From assembly GCA_964106915.2 (NCBI GenBank), contig OZ066920.1: a DNA stretch of 64,000 bases. One strand, written 5' to 3'. The notes beneath the pieces were generated by a model, which made no database searches, was not told the origin of the DNA, and worked only from the letters and a program-made list of their open reading frames with translations. Below are positions 54,037 to 64,000 of the stretch, piece after piece; positions within the stretch are counted from its first letter, which is position 1, and the number at the start of each line of letters is the position of its first letter. A program made the position numbers and the translations under genes. The DNA comes from Podarcis gaigeae. Its lineage: Eukaryota.

Positions 54037-55400
54037 GTAAGTGTCCCGTGTCATTTAATGGAGTGAAACTACAAGGAAAAGTGATGTGGATAGTTCTGCT
54101 AGGAACAAAATAGATTTTAAGAGATAACCTTGTTTCAAGTTCAGAGCAAGGTGTCAGAGCATCCTGAACTGTCGTATTGGAATCAGTGTCACATTGATTA
54201 TAGAGCAGAAAAATGCTGAAGTGGAATCCGAAGCTACCTGTCTCTGGTATTTATTTATTTTTTGAAAGAGATTTGCAGTGTGGGCCTAGCTGTACAGCTA
54301 TTCTCAATTACCTGTTACTTATCTCTACATCAGTCCTGTCTGACAGAAATCTGTGAAGCAAATCAATAGCCTTATAGGCCGTTCTCCCTCACCTGACACC
54401 CAGGGTCCCAAGAAGCTGGCACTGAACTGAAAAGATTTACAATAATCAGTCTATTAATAGTTTCAGATCAGTTTGGGGGTAATAGCAATATTGTGCATTT
54501 TCGGTAAAATCTGCTCTGAATAAGGAAAATATGTTTTGATTGTAAACTAACAGAAGAGCCCTAAAGCAGCATTTTGTGAGGAAGTAGAAGTGGTTGTCAT
54601 TCATTTTGTTTTCCACCCTCAAAATATTTGGCTCTATCATGAGTGAACTGTTTTCTTATGCAGCTCCTAAATAATGTATTATAGAAAATAGGAAGGAAGA
54701 GAAAAGCATATTGCTCTTTGAGACTACTCTACTAAACCACCTCAGGAGGGGGAAATTACTGTTTGAATCCAAATCATTTAGTCTCGCATGTAGCTAACAT
54801 GTTTATCATGTCTGCTATGTTCGTTCACATTTGTTGGCTTTGTACTAAACTAGATATTTACATTATCAAAAGTGAGAAGAATATGTTACCTTTTGAATGA
54901 GACAAGGATTTGAGCTGTGGAATTTTACATTTTTTAAGCTTCCATATATGCTATAAAATTTCCATCACTATTGTAGTGGCCATATCACTAATAATGATGA
55001 TTTATAATGCCTATTGTATGCATATTGGCCATAATGGAATTAGTCTGCACTTAATATTACCATGCCAAAGCAAAATCTCTTCAAGATTTTAGACACTGTT
55101 TAATATTATTAAAATTAAACAAATGGCATGTTTAAAATAGGTATTGATCTTCTTCCTTGAATCTGAAATATACATTTGCCATTGCACATTTACAGCTTGA
55201 ACCAAAGCTATGTGCGCTCAAAGCCTTCTTCCCATTCCAACTTCATCTTCTAAGAAATGAAGAATTCCTTATGGAATAAAGTCATGGAAGGGAATGAGGA
55301 AACCCTGTGCATGCAGTGTAACACATGTTTGTTCAGAACTTCTGGTTCCAAACATTCAGACAGCAATGTTATCTTTGATTTTATTCACTTGCTATTTTAG

Positions 55401-55583
55401 TTGGAACACCTTGAGTCCCTGCCAGAATTCAGCTTTCAGTCTGAACAAAAGCATGATGAACGGGACGAAGAGGAAGAGGAGGAAGTGTTTGGACTGGCAG
55501 ACTACTCCCAACATTCCACCGTGGAGATAATGGACCATGGACCACCACTGCAGACTGCAGAATTGTTGCAGCATCAAAAACAG
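55401..55583 (+). CDS. MTCL1: MTCL1 exon G (61 aa, LEHLESLPEF...LLQHQKQ)
   Basis: attttag|TTG and CAG|gtacca; 183 nt; weak but collinear similarity to human (EHPETL...LQTADRGQPHKQ). Confidence 0.85.
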
Positions 55584-56842
55584 GTACCAAGGCAGGTGCT
55601 TACTGTGTCTGATACTTACTTTCCTTGGATTGTATTCAACATTAATCATACTCCGTGTAGACCCACTCAGGTTAATGGACACTGCTCACTTAGGTTCATT
55701 AATTTCAATGGGTTTACTCTGAGTAGAACTTGGTTGGTTATAATCCCTCATGTTCTGGAATATGTAAACCTCATTTATTCACAGCATGCCAGTTATCCTA
55801 ATTACATAGTGATGTTAATGTGTTTCACTTATTATGTTTATATTAATCAGGAGAAAAAGGAATGATATGATTGCTGGTGCCTTTCTGACTGATACTTTAA
55901 ATGAAATATTCCATTTCCTATCATGGCTTATTGCTCAGAAACATATATATTTGTCTGATGGTTTGCAATAACTACAGGCTCACCACCTAAGCATCATAGC
56001 AATGTACCATCTAACCATTTGTGTGGGGGGCTTTTTATTTCATATAAATAATTAAAGAAGAAGACATGTGCTTTAATTTATTTAATGAAAGATAGATATG
56101 ATGCAAGAAAACCCTTTTACTGCAATGGGTGCTTTTAAAACAAGCTACATAATGTTAATATCTTCTCCCCCCACCCCAAGTGGATTGAGAGGTTTACCTA
56201 TTTTGAGCCTGACCTAGATTCATATGCAGCATTTGGGCCTCAGGAAATACCAATAGATACATTAAATCAGCAGTGTGGTTTCCAAAATAGCAGCAGTGAC
56301 TTGGGGTGCAATGCAGAGCCTTTAAAAATCATTGGCAGTTTATCCAATGCTCTTTGATATAAAGTCTTTGAAAAGGCTCTATTTCAGGATGAATATACAA
56401 GTCAGAATTATGTATTTAGAGGGGAAGTAACTCACTGTTTAATAAGATATTCCAAAGGCTGTAAAAAACAATACTATCAATACAATGACACTAATAAAAT
56501 TCAATAAAACGCTCAAATAAAAACAAACAATAATGACAATCAAATAACTATTTTAGACAGCAGTGACAAGCAGCAATTACAGCACTGATATATTTAGCAA
56601 CCAAAAGCTAATTTGGAAAAAAATAAAAAGATCATACTTCCAGAACTGGTGGATTTCTTATGGGAGGTGGTCTGCAATTTTCTGGCTGTAATGAAAAAGT
56701 CCTTCTCAGGCATCCTAATGAGTAGTCACCATTCCCCATTCTTGGAGTGCTTTAGGTGTAACATCATTTTTAGTAAAATTGGCAGCTGTTGCTTTATTTA
56801 CTCAGAATGCACTGCATTAAGCACCTACTAATGCATTTTTTT

Positions 56843-57235
56843 TCCTGCCAACCTAGCAAAAGCACGTCAAAGTGCAAGTAGATAAATAGGTACCACTCCG
56901 GCGGGAAGGTAAACAGCATTTCCGTGAGCTGCTCTGGTTTGCCAGAAGCGGCTTAGTCATGCTGACCACATGACACGGAAGCTGCATGCCAGCTGCCTCT
57001 GCCAGTAAAGCGAGATGAGCGCCGCAACCCCAGAGTCGGTCACGACTGGACCTAATGGTCAGAGGTCCCTTTACCTATTTATCTACTTGCACTTTGACGT
57101 GCTTTCGAACTGCTAGGTTGGCAGGAGCAGGGACTGAGCAACGGGAGCTCACACCATCATGGGGATTCGAACCACTGACTTTCTGATCGGCAAGTCCTAG
57201 GCTCTGTGGTTTAACCCACAGCGCCACCTGTGTCC
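56843..57235. mobile_element. Rearranged Sauria SINE: forward 3' part fused to inverted 5' part
   Basis: 56843-57076 matches the + strand SINE 3' portion; 57072-57235 matches the - strand SINE 5' portion; they overlap at TACCT. Confidence 0.88.
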
Positions 57236-57374
57236 ATGGAGGCTAGCCTTGGTGTATTTTCACTCTGCCTATCTTGTAGGGTGTCACCGCAATGCAAAGC
57301 ACCAGGGCACATATCCTTGTTTTTCCTCAGATTTGCCCTTGCCTTCAGAGGAAAGTATTCTTGTAGTGATCACT

Positions 57375-57525
57375 GGATAGCTCAGTTGTTTAGAGCATGG
57401 TGCTGATAAATACCAGCTTCAATCCCCACATGGGACAGCAGCATATTCCTGCATTGCAGGGGGTTGGGCCAAATGATCCTCAGGATCCCTTCTAACTCTA
57501 CAATTCTATCATTCTGTGACTCTGT
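57375..57525 (+). mobile_element. tRNA-Ile-derived SINE with CR1 3' tail
   Basis: Head TAGCTCAGTTGTTTAGAGCATGGTGCTGATAA resembles tRNA-Ile; tail CCTGCATTGCAGGGGGTTGG...CTTCTAACTCTACAATTCTATCATTCTGTG. Confidence 0.78.
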
Positions 57526-57801
57526 AGAGGCAAGATCTAGCAATAGCCCTACATCATGAGAAAAGTGAAACAAAGGTCCTGTTTGACTTTTGAACAAGGA
57601 ACCTGGATTTTTGAGCACACTGAGAATTGCCTCTCAGTTATCATAGTACCGTTACACACAATGATAGACTCTATTTCGTGGCTTTTCATAGAAATGTACT
57701 TTCTTCCATAACATTTTTTCACAGGCATAGAAGTTAAGCAGCATCCTTTTATGCTTTCTTTTCATCTCTCTTCTGAGCTATGGCACAGGCTTCCTTTAAT
57801 C

Positions 57802-58323
57802 CAGGGGTCAGCAACCTGTTTGAACCAGCAGGCATATTTTGAATTTTGAGAGAGTGCCGTCGGCCTCAGTCACAAAATGACTGTCGTGGAGACTTGCCAT
57901 AACACAACATGACTGTCGTGGTGGGCAGTGGTGGCGACATAATACAAAATTAAAGGCGGTAGAGTCATTGCTGCTCCCCCCGGCCCCAGACAACCTCAAG
58001 TCAGCTACATTTTGCAGGTCCTGATAGTGGAGATCATAGTATTGATTTCACACACACACACACACACTTCATATAAACATTTCTCCCCATGCACACACTC
58101 TCTCTATCCAAGTATGTCTCTCCTTCTCACACTGACATGGGCGTCTACAGGATTTTTTTTGGGGGGGGGGTCAGTGAGAGGCAAATGAAAACACTTAAAC
58201 AGTACAGCAGGGTAATTTCTCATTTTAGGTGCTGGATTTGCGATCACTGAGTTAGGCATTCCAGAGAAGATGAGATGAAAATGTTTTGAAAACATAGTAA
58301 TAGGGGTGTGGTTTCCCACTCTG
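57802..58323. mobile_element. Old non-autonomous hAT-like element (relative of 33762-34466) with (CA)n
   Basis: CAGGGGTCAGCAACCT start and shared internal motifs; right end approximate. Confidence 0.5.
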
Positions 58324-58653
58324 GATGTGCCAGGCACCAATACACTTTTGATGCAGCCAAATTTAATATTATGGGCATCTTTGACTTGGTATCTTAAAGT
58401 TGTGGGCTAAATCATTTTGTTTTATTTTATAAACCAGGAAATCGCACTATAGACAAGCCAGCCTTCTGAGGCTCCCCCCCCCCCCATTTCTTTGGTAGGA
58501 TGCTAGCATTCGGGGCTGATCATGCAGCTGATCACCTTGACAAGAACATAGAAAACAAGAACAACAACAAAACAACCACCCCTTATTTATCCCGAGTTGT
58601 TTGAAAAGACAAGTTTAATGTTTTAAAATTACAAATAGCTTTTGCTTCTGCAG

Positions 58654-58821
58654 GCACGAGAAAACCGCAGGCTTCTACATGCCCTAAAAATACTGTTGGA
58701 TGACTTCCGATCTGAGCTCCGGGATGATGAACGAGAACGTCATGGCCTCCAGCAGCAGTATGCCACTGACAAAGCTGCTTGGGAAGTGGAATGGACTAAA
58801 CTGAAGTGTCAGCTGGAGCAG
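58654..58821 (+). CDS. MTCL1: MTCL1 exon H (56 aa, [12 protein letters not shown]...KCQLEQ)
   Basis: ttctgcag|GCA and CAG|gtacag; 168 nt; [28 protein letters not shown] matches MTCL1. Confidence 0.94.
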
Positions 58822-58835
58822 GTACAGTTCCCATT

Positions 58836-59025
58836 GGGGAAGGGCAGTAGCTCAGCAGCACAGGATCTGCTCTGCATGCAGAAGGCCTTAGGTCCAATAT
58901 TTGGCATTTTCAGGTAGGGCAGGGAAAGGCCATATTTTCAAATCCTGAAGACCTGCTGCCAACTGGTGTAGACCACTGAGCTAGATGGACCAGCTGTCTA
59001 ACACAAATAAGGTAGCTGCAAATAT
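58836..59025 (+). mobile_element. Old tRNA-related SINE (possibly Squam2) just after the exon H donor
   Basis: GTAGCTCAG..TGCATGCAGAAGG..CAGGTAGGGC..CTGCTGCCA..ACTGAGCTAGATGGACC. Confidence 0.65.
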
Positions 59026-60389
59026 GTCTGAAACAACAACTTTGAGTGAACCACTAGCTCTTATTATTGTTTAATCAAATTGTAGGATGGATTCAGGTGC
59101 ACTTACTCAAATAACTAGTGCCTCATTCTCTAGATGGTTTCCCTGATGTGATGCTGTTTGGAATAGCTATTTAATGAGAGTAGACAGTATTAACATTTTG
59201 CTTTAATTTAATCTTATTAAATCGTAGAATCTTATTAAGTCCTAGAAATTGTGGTTTTGTGTCTCCCTGTTGTAAGTGGTTTTGATTTTTAATTTAATGT
59301 AAAAATTTTATGTTTGAGTAATTTATTAATTGTGCTTTATTGCATTTATTCAGTAAAGTATTGCAAATTAGAGCAGATGGTTTGTGGCAGGCATGTTCTA
59401 AGCCATAACAAATGTATTATTTGATGCTAATATTTTACATCAAGCACAGGTGGTGAGAGCAAAAATGACAAGACCCCTAAAAAAAATTCGTTTGGTAGCA
59501 TTACCTAATTTCAGTGAGGATAAAAGTCAGAAAGCTACTGGATGTAATGAATGATAAATTAAGGGGAGGGGGCATGAATAGTAATCTTGCAGCTTAGGTA
59601 GAAATGCAGTTGTGTCTGCAACTGGTGATTGCCAGTGAATGGAGATTCTTCATTCTTTCCCTGAACAAGTTCTTCACCATAGACACCAAGAATAGGGAGA
59701 CTGTGTAAGATCTCCATCAAGCTATTCATGACACATGCCTAGAACACCAGACAGAGATGACTGCTTCACAGCTTTGTTGCATAGCTACAGACAGATCACT
59801 TCTTTGAAACTGCTCCAGAGTCATAGTATTGGTTCAATTGGAAGATAATTTAGCTGAATGTAATCCTAATTATTGATAATGAACAAGGAAGCTCCCAGGA
59901 TGTGTTTATAGGGCTGCGAAGAGCTGCATAACATTCTGTGATTTCAATATGACATCTATGTAAGGAACAGGGCTTTGGATACAGAAACAGGAGAACACCC
60001 CCACCCCCTTCACAGGCTTACTCTGATTCATAATACAGCTATCCTCCAGCTCAGATAATAGCTTGAACTGCAAGAAAAGCTGTGGATTGTAATACTTGCC
60101 TTAGATTGAAGACAAATATAATGAGTTGCTGAGGTTGTATTCAGAGCCAAAGAATTACAAATTATAGTGACATGTCTAATTGGATTTGCAGCCTTAATCT
60201 AGCAATTAGGCAAGTATGGAGTCCTTGTATGACTATTATACTATAGTTGCCTCTTTTAGAGCAAAGCTGTGCTTCAGAATGTTAAGGCATGTTTGTAAGA
60301 ATCCCCTTGTCAACTGGATAGCAAAGCCCAGCCTTTACATCTGCCTTCAAAAGAGATGTTGACACTAACAACCTTTGTTTCATTTATAG

Positions 60390-60638
60390 CTGGAAGGGAA
60401 GAGCGAGAAAGCACAGAGTGAGACTGGTCTTGAAGCAAAAGCAGCTTTCAAGAGAGAGAGGGAGGAGCACAAGAAGCTCCTGGCTGACAGTCACCGATTA
60501 GTTATGGACTTGCAGTGGCAAATCCAGCACAGTGAGAAGAACTGGAATAAAGAAAAGGTAGAGCTTCTGGAGCAGCTCAGCAAGGACCGGCAGGAGTGGG
60601 AGAGGCAAAAGAAGGAACTGCTGAGAAGGCTAGAGCAG
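60390..60638 (+). CDS. MTCL1: MTCL1 exon I (83 aa, LEGKSEK...[22 protein letters not shown]...RRLEQ)
   Basis: tttatag|CTG and CAG|gtaatt; 249 nt; DUF4482-type coiled coil of the SOGA family. Confidence 0.95.
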
Positions 60639-61321
60639 GTAATTCAGGGGTCAGGTCATGATGGAATGTGTCTGCACAACTATATTGCAAAAATTAAAAA
60701 GGAACTAGACGGCTTTCTTTATATAAAAAAACAAAAAACTGCACAAACAGGGTGAACACTCTGTTTCATTGTTTCTCATAACAGATAATTACAGAAGCCC
60801 AAGGGACCTAAGGAAGAATGCTTCCAAAACTAATTTTAGAAGCCTCACTAGTATTTGGAAATTAGTTAAAGGTTAAAGGCTATTTCCTGTCATTTCACTT
60901 ATCCCACAAAGGCAGAGTCATTGTGACCCTTACAATGCAGCTTTCTTGTTCTCAGACCACAAAATTATATTCCTTTTCCTTCTTAAAAAATCAAGATCTA
61001 CACATTGTATTCTACTTCTCATTTTTAATCCTGTGGTTTCCTCTCACAAGAATGATTTCCTAGTGTGAGTAGTTGATAACCCTTTAATCAATCACAAGGC
61101 TGTCTCTGAAAACTCTACGTTTCATTGAACCTTACTTATAGTCCAAATGAGATATCCTACCTCAGGTTGATCTTTTGGATACTTCTGAATCATAGAAAAG
61201 CTGAATTCTACTGTCAGCTGCTATAACAGAAAACCTCACAAGACAGATAGTCACCTCTTTAGTAACTGTATCAGTCTAGCTGTTTCATGACAGGCTACCA
61301 ACTGAGGGATAAAACCCTGTA

Positions 61322-61563
61322 CAGTGGTACCTCGGGTTACGTACTTAATTCATTCTGGAGGTCCATACTTAACCTGAAACTGTTCTTAACCTGAAGCACC
61401 ACTTTAGCTAATGGGGCCTCCTGCTGCTGCCGCGCCGCCGGAACACAATTTCTGTTCTCATCCTGAAGCAAAGTTCTTAACCTGAAGCACTATTTCTGGG
61501 TTAGTGGAGTCTGTAACCTGAAGCGTATATAACCTGAAGCATATGTAACCTGAGGTACCACTA
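61322..61563 (+). mobile_element. pogo/Tigger-type MITE, copy 4
   Basis: TA|CAGTGGTACCTCGGGTTAC...GAGGTACCACTA|TA. Confidence 0.9.
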
Positions 61564-62987
61564 TACATTATATCTTCCAGGCTTCAATAAAGCAAACTTT
61601 CAGTTCACTGAGGAAGGGGAAATAACTATTCACAAACCAAATAATTTATAAACAGAACAACGTTCTTGTGTTTAAATTCATTTTCATAATGTTAATTCCT
61701 AGGTGGCAACACTCCTCTTTAACCTAGGAAACTTTCAGAAATTTGTACATCTTTGGATCAATATAGCTTCTTAGCAGTTAGCCAGACGGTACTTTCTGTG
61801 GAAGCAATTAACTTATCTCTGGTATTTTGCATGGCACTCTATGTGTTTGGAGACATCACAGCGATATATACATAAAACAAGAAGGCAAATAATCTGAAGC
61901 ATTTAAAAACAGAAATAGAGGATTGTGGCATAATCAATATGTATTCACCATAATCACTGACCATTTTTCTTTCTGTTTACTTTAACCATAATGTAGGAAA
62001 GCAAAACATCCCCAGATTTATGAAGCATGAAATAGATCATTTGGGATAATTGTGGAAATAGAAGCATGCTGACCTACATTTCTCAAGGCTTCCAAATATT
62101 CTCTTTCAAGTTCACTGCTACAGTGTTATCTCTTGAGACACAACATCAAGCCTAATTTTGTACTGATGGTGACTGCACGCTTTTAGGTTTTCAGATTAAT
62201 TATTTCACAGCTCTCTCTCTTTTTTTGGCTGTTTAATTATGAAGAGGAACCTTTTGCTGTTCTAGTATATTTATGTACACACAGACAGTTCATTGCCATA
62301 TCCTTGAACATGTGCATATATTGGAGACTAGTGATAGACTTCAAATGTGATTCAGCATATGCCACCCCTGTGTCTGTGTTGACCACAGATTCACCCTATG
62401 CACAGCAGACAGGGGAAGTTCACAATTTTAAGTGCTGATAGCAGGGTCTACCAGGTGGAAAGATGCTAAAATCCCACTTAATGTGGTGCCTGTGTCCCCA
62501 ACAGCTTTCTACTCTTCCCAGCATGAGCTAAATAATTATGCCTGACACCTATAATCCACACAGGCAGTGCACTAGTTGTTGCACCGATCTGTGTTAGTCC
62601 AAATAAAAATATTAGGGTGAGAACAGATGATACAGACAAGTTGGAACCTTTTCTGATATTTCCTTCCCCTCCTAAGTATAGCACTAAAGCAGCTGGAGGA
62701 TACTGCCATTTGAATGCAGCCTAAGAGGGCAATCCTGCGCATGTTTACATGAAAATAAATCCCGTTTTGTCCTATTAAATGTATTTAGGATTGAAGCCTA
62801 AGGCATTGAACAAGAAGTTTCCATGTAAGCGTGCTCTTGCCATCAGAAACACAAACTAGGAACTGCCTTTTCCTGAAACATCTGAGTTGAAACGATTTTA
62901 TGGAAATAATCAATCTTTCTACCTTTTTATTTGTAAACATCAATATGATATTTAAGTTTCATATATATCAATATCTAAAGTGGTATA

Positions 62988-63213
62988 CAGTGGTACCTCG
63001 GGTTACATATGCTTCAGGTTACAGACTCTGCTAACCCAGAAATAGTGCTTCAGGTTAAGAACTTTGCTTCAGGATGAGAACAGAAATCGTGCTCTGGCGG
63101 CGCGACAGCAGCAGGAGGCCCCATTAGCTAAAGTGGTGCTTCAGGTCAAGAACAGTTTCAGGTTAAGTACGGACTTCCAGAATGAATTAAGTACTTAACC
63201 CGAGGTACCACTG
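62988..63213 (-). mobile_element. pogo/Tigger-type MITE, copy 5 (inverted relative to copy 4)
   Basis: TA|CAGTGGTACCTCGGG...CCCGAGGTACCACTG|TA; interior is the reverse complement of copy 4. Confidence 0.9.
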
Positions 63214-63288
63214 TAAGATGAAATAAGCAGACAACTACTGTGAAAGCTACTCTGTATTCAGTTGATGTATGATTAATTTCTTTCTCAG

Positions 63289-63579
63289 CTTCAGAAAGTA
63301 AATGCACAAAGAGGAGACAACATTCTTTGTGACTCAAAAGAAACTAGCCTTCATTCATTTTCAAATCAAGTGCCTCACCCAATGGGGTCAAGATCCTACT
63401 CTGATTCAGACACCATGCAATTTGAAGATCGATCACTGTCGAAACTGAAGGAAAGTGACAGGTGCACTGCCACAGAAAACCTCTTTCTGGAAACACTGTC
63501 CCTTGATTCTCCGGATGATTCTGATGAACGACAGCCTCAGAAATTGGAACGAGAAAGGTTCTTAACTTGTGCAAATGAG
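63289..63579 (+). CDS. MTCL1: MTCL1 exon J (97 aa, LQKVNAQRGD...[23 protein letters not shown]...CANE)
   Basis: tttctcag|CTT and GAG|gtgcgt; 291 nt; matches recalled human [29 protein letters not shown]. Confidence 0.93.
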
Positions 63580-63779
63580 GTGCGTCCATTGCTCTTTGTA
63601 TTGTCAGCTCGGTTGTAATCCCATATCCCTGCAATTTTGTCAAAGGGTGCTTTCTACTGCTGTTTATATGGCACCTTCTGGTGAATCAGTTCATTCTGGG
63701 AGTTGACTGTATGATTTAGCCAGATGCATGTTGGATCTTTCTTGCAGTGACTCTATTCAAACATATAGCTGCATATAGC

Positions 63780-63971
63780 CAGGGCCAACACACCCATGAG
63801 GCAAGTTGAGGCGACTAACTCAGGCAGCAGGATCTACAGGGGCAGCCGGTGCTGATCTTTCTCCCCCCACCCACCCACATTGTTTCTGATGCATCTCTTC
63901 CCTCAACTAGTTCTTCCCTGGCACCATTTTGGGGTCCACCTCAGGTGCCAGAATGTCTTAGGCCAGCCCTA
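63780..63971. mobile_element. Degenerate hAT-like MITE
   Basis: CAGGGCC / GGCCAGCCCTA ends; imperfect 8-bp flanks CATATAGC / CATATATT. Confidence 0.45.
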
Positions 63972-64000
63972 CATATATTGTGATATAGATGCCACAATCA

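Overview
Vertebrate genomic DNA from a squamate reptile, most likely a lacertid lizard, judged from the Sauria SINEs, a Squam3-like SINE, and BovB, CR1 and L2 repeats. The whole window lies inside one + strand gene, MTCL1 (SOGA2/CCDC165/KIAA0802; microtubule cross-linking factor 1). I traced ten internal coding exons (982 codons). All are bounded by AG/GT and all introns are phase 0; the start and stop exons lie outside the window. The introns carry many TEs: Sauria SINEs, tRNA-derived CR1-tailed SINEs, BovB and a second RTE family, CR1, L2, a Penelope relic, two solo LTRs, and TA- and 8-bp-TSD MITEs. The most interesting observation is missing from the ORF track: an in-frame alternative terminal exon at 42098-42208, just after the large SOGA-domain exon, encoding [36 protein letters not shown]-stop. 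It closely resembles the transmembrane tail I recall for the paralog SOGA3/MTCL3 and is followed by several kb of 3'UTR-like sequence. This suggests a splice switch between cytosolic full-length MTCL1 and a truncated membrane-anchored isoform. Homology calls rest on recalled sequences, not database searches.
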